A stretch of DNA of 39,833 nt from Promethearchaeota archaeon. GTDB taxonomy: Archaea; Asgardarchaeota; Lokiarchaeia; Sigyniarchaeales; SOKP01. The position numbers and the translations under genes are program-made. Positions 18,124 to 27,844 of the stretch are shown one piece after another. The notes beneath the pieces are model-generated. The model worked only from the letters and a program-made list of their open reading frames with translations. It had not been told where the DNA came from and searched no databases. The stretch covers positions 1-39,833 of the forward strand of contig JABXKD010000022.1 of NCBI GenBank assembly GCA_013375475.1, read 5' to 3'. The first letter of the stretch is position 1. The number at the start of each line of letters is the position of its first letter.

Positions 18124-19095
18124 TCAAGCGTAAAAGCGCTTAACTATTCGACAGATAGCTAAATTGATCCATAAAGAAAGATTTTTATCTTTTCCTTTTA
18201 ACAATTTCAAGTCCCACATTCCGTTCTCTGATTGTTTATCTCTCAATGTCTCAAGTGCTAATTTTATTTGCGGATGAGTTATAGAAAAACTTAGATTAGA
18301 GAGAGAATCAAGCGAAGATACGATGTCAGTCCACCAAAATGGGAAGGATACCTTTGTCCAATATTCTACTCCTCTGCGATCGGGGTATTTATCAGATTTA
18401 AAGAATCGCGAAGTTAAAAGTTCAGCGGCTGCTTTTACAGACTCATTATTTTTATATTTAGAATGTGCAGCGAATGCTCTAATTACTATCCCAGTCACCA
18501 TATGGGAGAAGGCTTTCTTTCTATTAGGTTCAAATGTGATAGGATTTTTAACAACCTCAAGATATTTAGCGTTATTTGTTCGCATCGCAATAGCCCATCC
18601 TCCATCTTCTTGTCGCATAGATAGTAACCATTCAAGAATGCTTTTGACGCGGCGATCTTCACCATATCCCGCTTTAATTAATAATTCGGTTATTGCTGCT
18701 GTATAATTAGGGCTGTATTGAGTACCGTAAAATCCCCTAATATCTCCTTCATCCGTTTGACAAGAAAAAACGTATTCGGCAGCTCTACGGATCGAATCGT
18801 GTTCATTAGTGAAACCGAATTTTTCAATAAGAAAACCTAATTGTCTGTATGTCTCAAGAAGATTATAATTTTCTGGTTCATTTAATTTGGCTTTCCAAGC
18901 AGGGTACCTCCAACTTCCATCTTCTTGCTGTTTTTTAATAATCTTGGTGGCTGGTGGTAAAATCCATAATGTATCGAGTGGTTTAGGTTCTTCTTCCAGA
19001 AGATCTCGTTTAGTGAAAAATAAAATTACTTCATTTCTACTGGAAATAAGAGGGATCAAGGGATCATAAATGAAATGTTCTTTCCATCCTTCCAA
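18124..19095 (-). CDS. Prenyltransferase/squalene-cyclase repeat (alpha/alpha toroid) protein
   Basis: QW-like repeats QQEDGSW, CQTDEGD, RQEDGGW and KQSENGMW. Likely start is TTG 19095 (ORF track 19155). Confidence 0.65.
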   Translation of the reverse strand: MEGWKEHFIYDPLIPLISSRNEVILFFTKRDLLEEEPKPLDTLWILPPATKIIKKQQEDGSWRYPAWKAKLNEPENYNLLETYRQLGFLIEKFGFTNEHDSIRRAAEYVFSCQTDEGDIRGFYGTQYSPNYTAAITELLIKAGYGEDRRVKSILEWLLSMRQEDGGWAIAMRTNNAKYLEVVKNPITFEPNRKKAFSHMVTGIVIRAFAAHSKYKNNESVKAAAELLTSRFFKSDKYPDRRGVEYWTKVSFPFWWTDIVSSLDSLSNLSFSITHPQIKLALETLRDKQSENGMWDLKLLKGKDKNLSLWINLAICRIVKRFYA

Positions 19096-19246
19096 ATTAT
19101 TGCCACTCTCTATATAAAAGAAAAAATATGAGATATTTTCAATGGATATTGTCACTGAATAATCAACATTCTTATATTAATTCTATATTTTCATTGAAAT
19201 CTTAAAGATAAAAACTATTAATCTCATCTTTAATTTTAAATTAATA

Positions 19247-20677
19247 ATGGGGTCTGTAGAAAATAAAGACATCAAAGTAAAAGATATATCTTTTATTAAT
19301 AGTATTAAATCTATTGCTGTCATTGGAGCCTCAAAAAAGAGAGATTATTTCTTTTTAAGAAACCATCAATATATGTTTAAAGGCAGTTTATACGCAGTGC
19401 ATCCTAATGCTGAAGAAATATCAAATTTTCCAAAAGAAAATATGTACACTTCAATCCTTGATATCCCAGAAGCAATAGATTTCGCGTTTATCGCAGTTCC
19501 AGCAAAAAAAGTGTTAGAAGTGATGGATGATTGCGTAGAAAAAGGAGTAAAATTGGTCACGATTTTTACATCAGAGTTTTCAGATGCCGGAACAGAAAAA
19601 GGTGCTGAATTAGAAAAAGAGTTGTTAAGAAGAGCCAAAAACAAGGTAAGAATTTTAGGCCCAAATGGATTAGGGTTGTTCTACCCTAAGATAGGAGTCG
19701 CTTGGCGTCCTGAATTCCCAACAGATCTTGGAAATGTTGGATTTATTGCTCAATCTGGAGGGATATGCAACATTGCTATTTATTCCTCTCTTGAATTAGG
19801 AATTAATTTCTCAAAAGTTTTTTCATTTGGAAATGGTGCAGATTTAGATTTTGTTGACCTTCTCTCATTTTTAATAAACGATCCAGAAACAGAAATTATT
19901 TTATGTTATCTCGAAGGAATTAAAGAAGGTCGGATAGATACTCTTAAGACAATTCTAAAGGGTAACACCAAGCCTATAATAGTTCTAAAAGGGGGACAGA
20001 GTGAAATAGGAGCTATCGCTGCTAAAACTCATACAGCGTCAATAGCGGGGGATAACAAAATTTGGAAAAATTTCTTTCGTCAATTTAACCTCATTGAAGT
20101 TGATTCTTTAGAGGAATTACTTCATACAGCTCGTTTAATAGATTGTTATGGGTGTTTTAAACTGCAAAATTTGGCAGTTGTAAGTATATCTGGAGGTTAT
20201 GGGGTAGTTTTGGCTGATCTGATTGAAAAATCGGGATTACATGTACCTCCATTTTCCCCAAATATACAGCATGAGATTTCAAAGAGGTTTTTTATGGCAG
20301 GAACAAGCTCTAATAACCCACTTGATTTTGCTGCTCAATTTTTTGCCATTAATATTGTTAAAGAGGTTATTGATATAATATTATCAGACAACAATTTTGA
20401 TGGGTTAATAATTGATTTACCTGGATTTTATCTAAAATTGTCACCTCGGATAGAAAGTACTGAGGATTTTTTCAAGATTATGTTAGAGATCCTAAACTTG
20501 GGACATAAACATAATAAACCTTTAATTCTAATTATGCAGCATCTTACTCGCCCAAATACAATTAATGAGTTTCTTACGAAAATAAAAGAAAATAAAATAA
20601 CTATTTTTGGAGATCCACAAGAATTTCTACCATTATTGCCCAAAATTACTAAATATAAGATGAAGTCGAAATTATAG
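19247..20677 (+). CDS. ADP-forming acyl-CoA synthetase alpha-type subunit (CoA-binding plus ligase domains)
   Basis: IAVIGAS, ILGPNGLG, AQSGG, SFGNGADL, phospho-His motif AAKTHTASIAG, SGGYGV and NNPLD. No ATP-grasp domain. Confidence 0.85.
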   Translation: MGSVENKDIKVKDISFINSIKSIAVIGASKKRDYFFLRNHQYMFKGSLYAVHPNAEEISNFPKENMYTSILDIPEAIDFAFIAVPAKKVLEVMDDCVEKGVKLVTIFTSEFSDAGTEKGAELEKELLRRAKNKVRILGPNGLGLFYPKIGVAWRPEFPTDLGNVGFIAQSGGICNIAIYSSLELGINFSKVFSFGNGADLDFVDLLSFLINDPETEIILCYLEGIKEGRIDTLKTILKGNTKPIIVLKGGQSEIGAIAAKTHTASIAGDNKIWKNFFRQFNLIEVDSLEELLHTARLIDCYGCFKLQNLAVVSISGGYGVVLADLIEKSGLHVPPFSPNIQHEISKRFFMAGTSSNNPLDFAAQFFAINIVKEVIDIILSDNNFDGLIIDLPGFYLKLSPRIESTEDFFKIMLEILNLGHKHNKPLILIMQHLTRPNTINEFLTKIKENKITIFGDPQEFLPLLPKITKYKMKSKL

Positions 20678-20740
20678 TAGATGTAATCCCCTTATTATCT
20701 AAAAGTTCAAATTATTTAAGAAAAAGCAAAAAAGAAAAAT

Positions 20741-23092
20741 CTATTTTAAAGCTATTTTACTTACTTGCGAGACTATATCAGCAAATCTTTTTCCTTCTGC
20801 TGCAGATATCCATTCAATGACAAATCTCTCATCAGAAATTTTATTTTTCGTCATCCAATTTCTAATTTTTTTTTCTCGTTTTATGGCAAAGTCATTTCCA
20901 GAAATATAATGGCAATCTTGTGGATGACATCCAGTCAACATAACAGCTCCAGCTCCGCGGTTAAAACAGTGTTTAATAAAAGAAGGATTTACTCGTCCGG
21001 AACACATAGTTCTAACAATTCTTGTATTAGTCGGATACTGAATTCGACTTGTTCCTGCCAAATCCGCTCCAGCATACGAACACCAATTACAAGCAAAAAT
21101 TAACACTTTTTTTGAGGCATCCTCACGAAGAGCTATATCAATTTGTCTGAGAATCATGGCATCTGTAAAATTTGTCATGGTAATAGCATTTGTGGGGCAA
21201 TCTGCTGAACACGTCCCACAACCTTTACATAATACTGGAATAATGCGTGCAGGTGTTTTTTTATCTGGATCAACACTAATAGCACCGTAAGGACAACGAG
21301 ATACACAAATACCACAACTAGTACACTTATCTATATCCACAAATGCATATAAAGGTTCTACATGGAATTCTTCTTTTGAAAGCAAATTTCCACAGCGCCC
21401 AGCTGCAGCGCTTGCCTGGGTAACCGTGTCTCTAATATCCTTTGGTGATTCTGCGCCCCCAGCAATGAAGATACCATCATTTGGAGTATCTACAGGTCGA
21501 AGTTTAGGATGTGCTTCAATGTAAAACCCTTTTGAATCCTTAGCAATAGGAAAGGGAATAGATTCTGAAGAACCTTCGACTCCTATAGAAAGGACTACTA
21601 AATCAAAGTTTTCAGAAAGAATTGTTCCATTGCTTATATTTTCAGCATTAACTATAAGATTTTTGGTAATGGGATCTTCTTTAATTTGACCAGGACGCCC
21701 ACGTATAAATAAAACACCTTCTTCTCTTGATCGTGAATATAATTCTTCAAATCCTTTACCAAAAGCCCTAATATCAATAAAGAATATTGCAACCTCAACA
21801 TCAGGCCAGTGTTCTTTAATTAAAAGGCTATCTTTTATACTTTCCATACAACAGAAGTTGGAACAGTATGGATTAAATCTCTTGTCACGCGATCCTACAC
21901 AATTAATAAAAGCAACTCTTTTTGGCTTTTTAAGATCGCTAGGACGTACAAGTTCTCCATTCGTTGGTCCCGCAGCATTAATTAACCTTTCGAATTCAAA
22001 GGTTGTTATAATGTTAGAATAATTACCCCATCCATATTCTGGGAGTTTAGAGGCATCAAAAAGCTCGAAACCTATTGCGATAATAATGCTACCTACTTTA
22101 TAATTAAAAATCTTTTCGGAATCCTCATAATTTATGGCTTCTTTTTCGCAATCAGAAACGCATTTTCCACAGGTTAGAGGCGTGAGGCCTAAACAGTTCT
22201 TTTCATCAATTATATAACTTGCTGGGACTGCTTGTGGATATGGAATATATATTGCTTTTCTCCAACCTAAGTTGCCAGAATACTCATCAACAACGCTTTC
22301 AGGGCAGATTGCAACACAATCTCCGCACGCAGTACAGAGGTTTTCATCTACATAGCGTGGGTATTTTTTAATTGTGACTTCAAAATTACCGACATATCCA
22401 GATATAGCTGTAACTTCAGCATAAGAAATTAAATTAATATTTTCATGATTACCTACATCAGCCATTTTAGGCCCTAATATACAGATTGAACAATCCATTG
22501 TTGGAAAAGTTTTATCGATGAGAGCCATCTTTCCTCCAATAGTAGGTGCTTTTTCGACAAGGATAACTTCGTGATCATCAGCTAAATCTAACGCAGCTTG
22601 AATTCCTGCTACGCCTCCTCCAATGATTAAGACTCTTTGTGTAATAGGAACAACTATGTCATCAATTGCTTCTAATAATTCAGCTTTAGCGATTGCCATT
22701 TCAAGGATTTCTTTAGCCTTTTTAGTCGCTTCTTCTTTCTCTGAAAGATGTACCCAACTACATTGTTCTCGGATATTAGCTACTTCTACTAACGAAGGAT
22801 TTATTCCAGCTCCTCTTAAAAGTTTTTTCCATGTTGGACCATGTAATCTCGGTGAGCATGCTGCTATAACTATCTTCTCTATACCTTGCTCGTTAATTGC
22901 GTTTACTATTTCTACTTGCCCAGGATCAGAACACGTATATGTATTAACTTGAACTAGTTTGACCCTTGGATCTCCTTCAATTTCTTTTGCTAATTGATCA
23001 ATATCAACAGTTCCGCCAATATTTTTTCCACATTTACATAGAAAAATACCAATTTTTGGTTCGATTCTAGGTTTATCAGCACTTTCAGTCAT
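20741..23092 (-). CDS. hdrA: Heterodisulfide reductase subunit A fused to MvhD
   Basis: FLCKCGKNI, AACSPRLH, NIREQCSW, IGGGVAG, DKTFPTMDCSIC, CVGSRD...YCSNFCC, ferredoxin motifs, then an MvhD domain (CNWCSYAGAD, MCSGRV, GCHPQDCHY). Confidence 0.95.
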   Translation of the reverse strand: MTESADKPRIEPKIGIFLCKCGKNIGGTVDIDQLAKEIEGDPRVKLVQVNTYTCSDPGQVEIVNAINEQGIEKIVIAACSPRLHGPTWKKLLRGAGINPSLVEVANIREQCSWVHLSEKEEATKKAKEILEMAIAKAELLEAIDDIVVPITQRVLIIGGGVAGIQAALDLADDHEVILVEKAPTIGGKMALIDKTFPTMDCSICILGPKMADVGNHENINLISYAEVTAISGYVGNFEVTIKKYPRYVDENLCTACGDCVAICPESVVDEYSGNLGWRKAIYIPYPQAVPASYIIDEKNCLGLTPLTCGKCVSDCEKEAINYEDSEKIFNYKVGSIIIAIGFELFDASKLPEYGWGNYSNIITTFEFERLINAAGPTNGELVRPSDLKKPKRVAFINCVGSRDKRFNPYCSNFCCMESIKDSLLIKEHWPDVEVAIFFIDIRAFGKGFEELYSRSREEGVLFIRGRPGQIKEDPITKNLIVNAENISNGTILSENFDLVVLSIGVEGSSESIPFPIAKDSKGFYIEAHPKLRPVDTPNDGIFIAGGAESPKDIRDTVTQASAAAGRCGNLLSKEEFHVEPLYAFVDIDKCTSCGICVSRCPYGAISVDPDKKTPARIIPVLCKGCGTCSADCPTNAITMTNFTDAMILRQIDIALREDASKKVLIFACNWCSYAGADLAGTSRIQYPTNTRIVRTMCSGRVNPSFIKHCFNRGAGAVMLTGCHPQDCHYISGNDFAIKREKKIRNWMTKNKISDERFVIEWISAAEGKRFADIVSQVSKIALK

Positions 23093-23113
23093 ATTTTAAA
23101 TACTACCTTTAAT

Positions 23114-23980
23114 TCAATTATTAATTTTCTTATCTTGTGCTTTAATTCGTACTTGTTCTATTTTTTCGCTAAATCCTTCCCGTGTCTCCTCAACAAATTC
23201 CCCGCATATTATAATCCCTCTCTTGAAATCAAAAGTTGCTTGACTAGGGGCCCAATCAACTTTAATTTTAATTTGTTTTTTTAACCATTCTAGTATCTCT
23301 ACAGCATCGCCTAATTTATTTTTAGAACCATATTGAACAAAACAAGGGGCAAGCACTTCTATAAAGCTAAATCCTTGATTGTCTATAGATTTAAAAATAC
23401 TTTTTTGTAATCGAATTGTGTCATATCCAGGCCATCTAGCGACATATGTCGCTCCTGACGCCGCCGCTAGATTTACTAAATTGAAAGGAGATTCCACATT
23501 TCCATAAGGTGTTGTTTGAGTAATGTCTCCAATTTGAGTTGTTGGGGCTACTTGTCCTCCAGTCATTCCATATATATTGTTATTTATACAGAGAACTGTT
23601 ATCTCTACATTTCTTCTAGCAGCATGGATAAAATGATTCCCACCTATAGCAAAAAGATCTCCATCTCCCGATAGAACTATAACCTTTAATTTAGGATTTG
23701 CTAATTTTATACCCGTAGCAAAAGGTATAGCTCTCCCATGTGTAGTATGGAAGGCTGGTGCTTTAAAGCATCCACTTGATCGACCAGTACATCCTATACC
23801 AGATACTATGGCGTAATCTTTAGATGTAAGACCTCTTTCTTTTAAACAACTTGCAATTGATGTAATTACCGTTCCAATTAAACAACCCGGACAAAAAATG
23901 AATCGATTTAAATTTAACATATCATTTAAGGGGTGAGCAAGTGTTTCAGGGGGGATTGATGTTTGATCAGATGGACTCAT
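23114..23980 (-). CDS. korB: 2-oxoglutarate/2-oxoacid:ferredoxin oxidoreductase beta subunit
   Basis: FCPGC, SGIGC, HGRA, SGDGDLFAIGGNH and NNNIYGMTGGQ. Confidence 0.93.
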   Translation of the reverse strand: MSPSDQTSIPPETLAHPLNDMLNLNRFIFCPGCLIGTVITSIASCLKERGLTSKDYAIVSGIGCTGRSSGCFKAPAFHTTHGRAIPFATGIKLANPKLKVIVLSGDGDLFAIGGNHFIHAARRNVEITVLCINNNIYGMTGGQVAPTTQIGDITQTTPYGNVESPFNLVNLAAASGATYVARWPGYDTIRLQKSIFKSIDNQGFSFIEVLAPCFVQYGSKNKLGDAVEILEWLKKQIKIKVDWAPSQATFDFKRGIIICGEFVEETREGFSEKIEQVRIKAQDKKINN

Positions 23981-23983
23981 ATG

Positions 23984-25129
23984 TTAAACCTCCTCCATCA
24001 ACTTTTTATAAATAAATTTAGGACTAAAAGGAATGGTAGTAGGAATTGTAATGCCAGAAACAGTAAACAAATGTCGAAATCTCTGAACTTCTCTAATTAT
24101 CATTCCATTGTTCATTTCACAAACAATAACCTTTGATGCTCCCATTTGTCCAATTCTTTCCATTACTTCGTCAGGAAACGGCCATAGAGTTTTTAATCGG
24201 ACAAGTCCCACCTTATATCCTTTTTGACGTGCTTGCTCAACGGCTTCTGGCACGCCTCTTGCATTAATTCCATAGGCTAAGATAACGATTTCAGCATCAT
24301 CTAAATGTTTTTCTTCCCAATCATTAATTTGAGGTCTTGCTCTTTTAATTTTATCACAAAGCCGTTTGATTAGAACCTCTGCGGCTTCTGGAGTCATTTG
24401 AGGATTACCTTCTATGTCATGAGTCAAACCTGAAACATAAAATGAGTAGCTCGTTCCTGCTATTGCCATTCCAGGCACAAGATCATCATCAAAAGCTTCA
24501 AAAGGTTTATATTTCTCTGGTGGAACTTGAGGTTTTTTACGCTCTACTAATTCAATATTTGAATGGATATTAACGACTTCCATCATTTGCCCTAAAATTC
24601 CGTCTGAAGCGACAATTACAGGTATACGATATTTCTCAGATAAATTAAATGCTTGTATGGTAAAATCATACATTTCTTGAACTGTAGATGGGGCTAATAC
24701 AATTATTTCATAATCTCCATGAGAAGCGTATCTCGTTTGATATACATCTGATTGAGACGCATTTGTGGGTTGTCCTGTACTAGGGCCCCCTCTCATTATC
24801 GTGACGATAACCGCTGGTACTTCTAACATAATTCCTAAACCTATACTTTCAGCCATAAGTGAAAGACCGGGTCCTGAAGTTGCGGTCATAACTTTCTTTC
24901 CAGCATAAGAAGCTCCAAAACAACTTGTGATTGAAGCCAGCTCATCTTCCATTTGAACAAATGTTCCATTAACTTGAGGAAGGCGTCTTGACATGTAAGC
25001 AGCAATTTCTGAGGATGGTGTGATAGGATAACCCGCAAAATATAAACATCCTGCTGTAATCGCACCTTCTGCACATGCAGAATTTCCAGTAGTTAATATT
25101 CTTTTTTCTTGGATATTTGCATTACTCAT
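23984..25129 (-). CDS. korA: 2-oxoglutarate/2-oxoacid:ferredoxin oxidoreductase alpha subunit
   Basis: AGYPITPSSE, QMEDE, TATSGPG, RGGPSTG, LWPFP and EMNNG. Confidence 0.93.
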   Translation of the reverse strand: MSNANIQEKRILTTGNSACAEGAITAGCLYFAGYPITPSSEIAAYMSRRLPQVNGTFVQMEDELASITSCFGASYAGKKVMTATSGPGLSLMAESIGLGIMLEVPAVIVTIMRGGPSTGQPTNASQSDVYQTRYASHGDYEIIVLAPSTVQEMYDFTIQAFNLSEKYRIPVIVASDGILGQMMEVVNIHSNIELVERKKPQVPPEKYKPFEAFDDDLVPGMAIAGTSYSFYVSGLTHDIEGNPQMTPEAAEVLIKRLCDKIKRARPQINDWEEKHLDDAEIVILAYGINARGVPEAVEQARQKGYKVGLVRLKTLWPFPDEVMERIGQMGASKVIVCEMNNGMIIREVQRFRHLFTVSGITIPTTIPFSPKFIYKKLMEEV

Positions 25130-25409
25130 TGTTTATAACTTCCTTGTTATCTTTTTCCAAAATATATAATGAAACAGTAGGACATAACCGTTCACATTGT
25201 CTGCATCCTGCACACCCTTCAGGTTTAACCACGATCGCATAATGGAGCATGCGACTATTAAACTTATCTTCACTTATTTCTATTAAATCTTTTGGACAGA
25301 ATGACAAACATAATTCGCAACCATCGCATTGTTCAGAATCTATAATTATTTCATACTTTTTCTCGGGGGAAGGAGGTGGCAAAATAGGTGTTCGTTTAGA
25401 TTCTAACAT
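25122..25409 (-). CDS. korD: 2-oxoacid:ferredoxin oxidoreductase delta subunit (2x[4Fe-4S])
   Basis: CDGCELCLSFCP and CAGCRQCERLCP. Overlaps the korA start. Confidence 0.88.
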   Translation of the reverse strand: MLESKRTPILPPPSPEKKYEIIIDSEQCDGCELCLSFCPKDLIEISEDKFNSRMLHYAIVVKPEGCAGCRQCERLCPTVSLYILEKDNKEVINNE

Positions 25410-25602
25410 TTTTTAATCCTCTAATATACTTACACATCTGACTATATTTATTACTCTTATTCTTTAAAATAAAAGGTTCTCTTTTAAATTTGCTTTTTCG
25501 AAGCAGTAGTAGCCTACTAAATAGCGATTCCTTTTTGTGAAATTATCTTTTTGAGATATCATAAGTCTAATCTTTTTAGTTTTTGATAAAAGAAAATACA
25601 TT

Positions 25603-26169
25603 TTATTGAAATTGATTTTTTAATTCCTGATAGAGTGCTTGACCAAGTTGATAACTTTGAATATTGACTTCTCTAAACCGTTTTGGCATACTACTTAAAA
25701 CCTGGTTGTAGTAGTCTTCTTTTAAATCAATTTTCCTACTCTCTTTAAGATATTGTGAAAGGAATCCTAAACAAAGAATATTCGCACTCTGAGGTATTTT
25801 TTTTTCATCAGCTCGCCTCGTAATTGGAACAAGATGAAATTTTCCTTTCTGGATGATTTCCTCGGCGTTATTAATTGTATGCTCATCGATAAAAGAACGA
25901 GTTTTTTCATATATGCATTCAGAGGCGCGTTTGAATCCTTTTTGATCTATAGCAATAAAAATATCAGCATCTTTATCGCAGAATGGATATGAAATAGGAG
26001 TAGAGCTTAGAATAACGTCACAAAAAATAGGTCCCCCTCTAACGGAAGGTGTATAGTCAACTGTTAGTGTTGCATAATAATTACCAACCATTGCAACTCG
26101 AACTAATATACTTCCTAAAAATTTGATACCTTGTCCGCCGCGACCAGAAAATCGCAATTTTAATTTCAT
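25603..26169 (-). CDS. korC: 2-oxoacid:ferredoxin oxidoreductase gamma subunit
   Basis: FSGRGGQGI, YTPSVRGG and ANILCLG. Confidence 0.85.
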   Translation of the reverse strand: MKLKLRFSGRGGQGIKFLGSILVRVAMVGNYYATLTVDYTPSVRGGPIFCDVILSSTPISYPFCDKDADIFIAIDQKGFKRASECIYEKTRSFIDEHTINNAEEIIQKGKFHLVPITRRADEKKIPQSANILCLGFLSQYLKESRKIDLKEDYYNQVLSSMPKRFREVNIQSYQLGQALYQELKNQFQ

Positions 26170-26285
26170 GAGTTTCTCTAATAAGATATGTAATTGAAAT
26201 TTATTATGGTAAATAATTATAATTAATTTTACTAATTTTATATACTAAATACGAACACGTCCTCTTCTCCCTCTTTATCAGATTA

Positions 26286-26657
26286 CTAAATAGGTTCAAA
26301 AGCATAATCATAGACTTCTTTTCCATCTAAGTTATTGCTAATTTTTCTATAAACGGGTCTCATCTCTATTCCAATTTTTACTTGATCATTTGAATCGATT
26401 TGTCCGAGAACTTTAATTCCATTTTCAAACTCCAGAATTCCAAGTGTATAATGAGGCTTATCACGAAATTCTGCAGGCGGTGCTTTCAATATTGTATAGT
26501 TTAATAACTTAGCATTACCGGTTGCTTTAACTCTATCAAATTTTTCGTGCTTACAATTTAAACATCTAATATGGGATGAATGCTGTAAAAATCCACATTT
26601 TTGACATTTTTCCCACTCAATTTTTTCATCATTATTCACTATACTCTCACCTTTCAA
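26286..26657 (-). CDS. DUF35 family Zn-ribbon/OB-fold (acyl-CoA-binding) protein
   Basis: CQKCG...CLNC Zn ribbon, YTIL..PP.EF and OB-fold VKIGIEMRPV. Probable start is GTG 26639 behind GGTGA. Confidence 0.85.
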   Translation of the reverse strand: MKGESIVNNDEKIEWEKCQKCGFLQHSSHIRCLNCKHEKFDRVKATGNAKLLNYTILKAPPAEFRDKPHYTLGILEFENGIKVLGQIDSNDQVKIGIEMRPVYRKISNNLDGKEVYDYAFEPI

Positions 26658-26781
26658 TTCAAGATTATAGAATAAGCAAATGCTTAATATCGTTACGGAA
26701 AAACTTAGATGTTCTATACTTCTAAATAAAGTATTTAATAAAATAAGGTTGTTAAAAAAAATGGAGAAATTAAGCTTTTAA

Positions 26782-27063
26782 TTAGCGAATATGAAAATTT
26801 CTCTCAACATAAAAAGAATTCCTGACATTTCCTATAGGAATTGTTTCTTGAAGGTATCTTGGATTCAATTCAGTTTTCTTGATAATATTACTCAACTCAC
26901 GGTTGAGCCTTTCTAATTTCAGTATCTGTTTTTCGACTTTTTTTGAGTGTAGTAATGCTGGTGGAATGGTTTTCACGATAATGACTCTTTCTATTTCTTC
27001 CAAAGTAGCATCGTTAGGAAGTTCCCTTAATAAAGATATTATTTCTTGTTTTATAATTGCCAT
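26782..27063 (-). CDS. Small hypothetical protein with an antitoxin-like N-terminus
   Basis: AGGAG SD upstream. KQEIISLLRELPNDATLEEI resembles the LPDDxTLExI pattern of small proteins often found beside RelE/ParE toxins (recalled similarity, unverified). Confidence 0.5.
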   Translation of the reverse strand: MAIIKQEIISLLRELPNDATLEEIERVIIVKTIPPALLHSKKVEKQILKLERLNRELSNIIKKTELNPRYLQETIPIGNVRNSFYVERNFHIR

Positions 27064-27844
27064 TTTTTATCAACTCCTTTTTTATTTTTATTATAATTAT
27101 CTGCTTTTGTGGCTTTCTATTAAATTTGGAGCTTTTTTAAGATGGATTCGCCCTCAACCTCTATTAGCCCCATCTCTTGAAATAAACTTAAAGCTCATTG
27201 TACTAGATTTAAATATTATTAATGTCGTGTGATGGATGAAATCGATAGATTGATTTATTACATTCAATTAATTTCATCTGTGAAGTCCAAAATTTTTGTG
27301 ATTGTATATCATTCCAAGCTCTCTCTAGATTCTAATTTAATCTTTTTCCTTTACGATTTTCCTTTTTAATTTTTAGAGCGTCATTATTGTTAATACAGCT
27401 AAGCTTTGCAATAGACTCATATAAATCGGTTTCTACTTCTTTAAGTATGATATCGTCTGCCAAGCCTTCTAACTCGATATGAATACTATGCTTATTTTCT
27501 GCTTTTTTTTCGCTAATTTGAGCTATAATATTTCGCCCTCTTTTTTTTATTCGTTAAAAATAATAGTATCATAAATACATATTTAGTTTTTTCTAGCGAA
27601 CTTGAATTGGAGTCTTAAACTCTGATTGATCTATTCCTATAAAAGCGTGGAAATCTCAACTTGTAGGAATTGTATCCCTACGAAAAAGAAATAATATTAT
27701 AAATCAAATTGGAATAATATTAAATTATAGTAAAAATTGATTTAAATGAAATCCTCACTTTCCAATATTCTTATAAGAATAATTGGCGAATTAGGATTTC
27801 CATATAAATTTGCGGTTATAATATAGCAAGAGAAATGGTGATAA

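Noticed and set aside
20741-23092. Selenoprotein form of HdrA/MvhD
   Set aside because: The ORF is uninterrupted and has Cys at all motif positions.
26879-27232. 117-aa plus-strand ORF
   Set aside because: It is antisense to 26782..27063, which has a good SD, and it shows no motifs.
27663-27681. Imperfect palindrome GTAGGAAT-TGT-ATCCCTAC upstream of the 7TM genes
   Set aside because: A single short mismatched copy, not distinguishable from chance.
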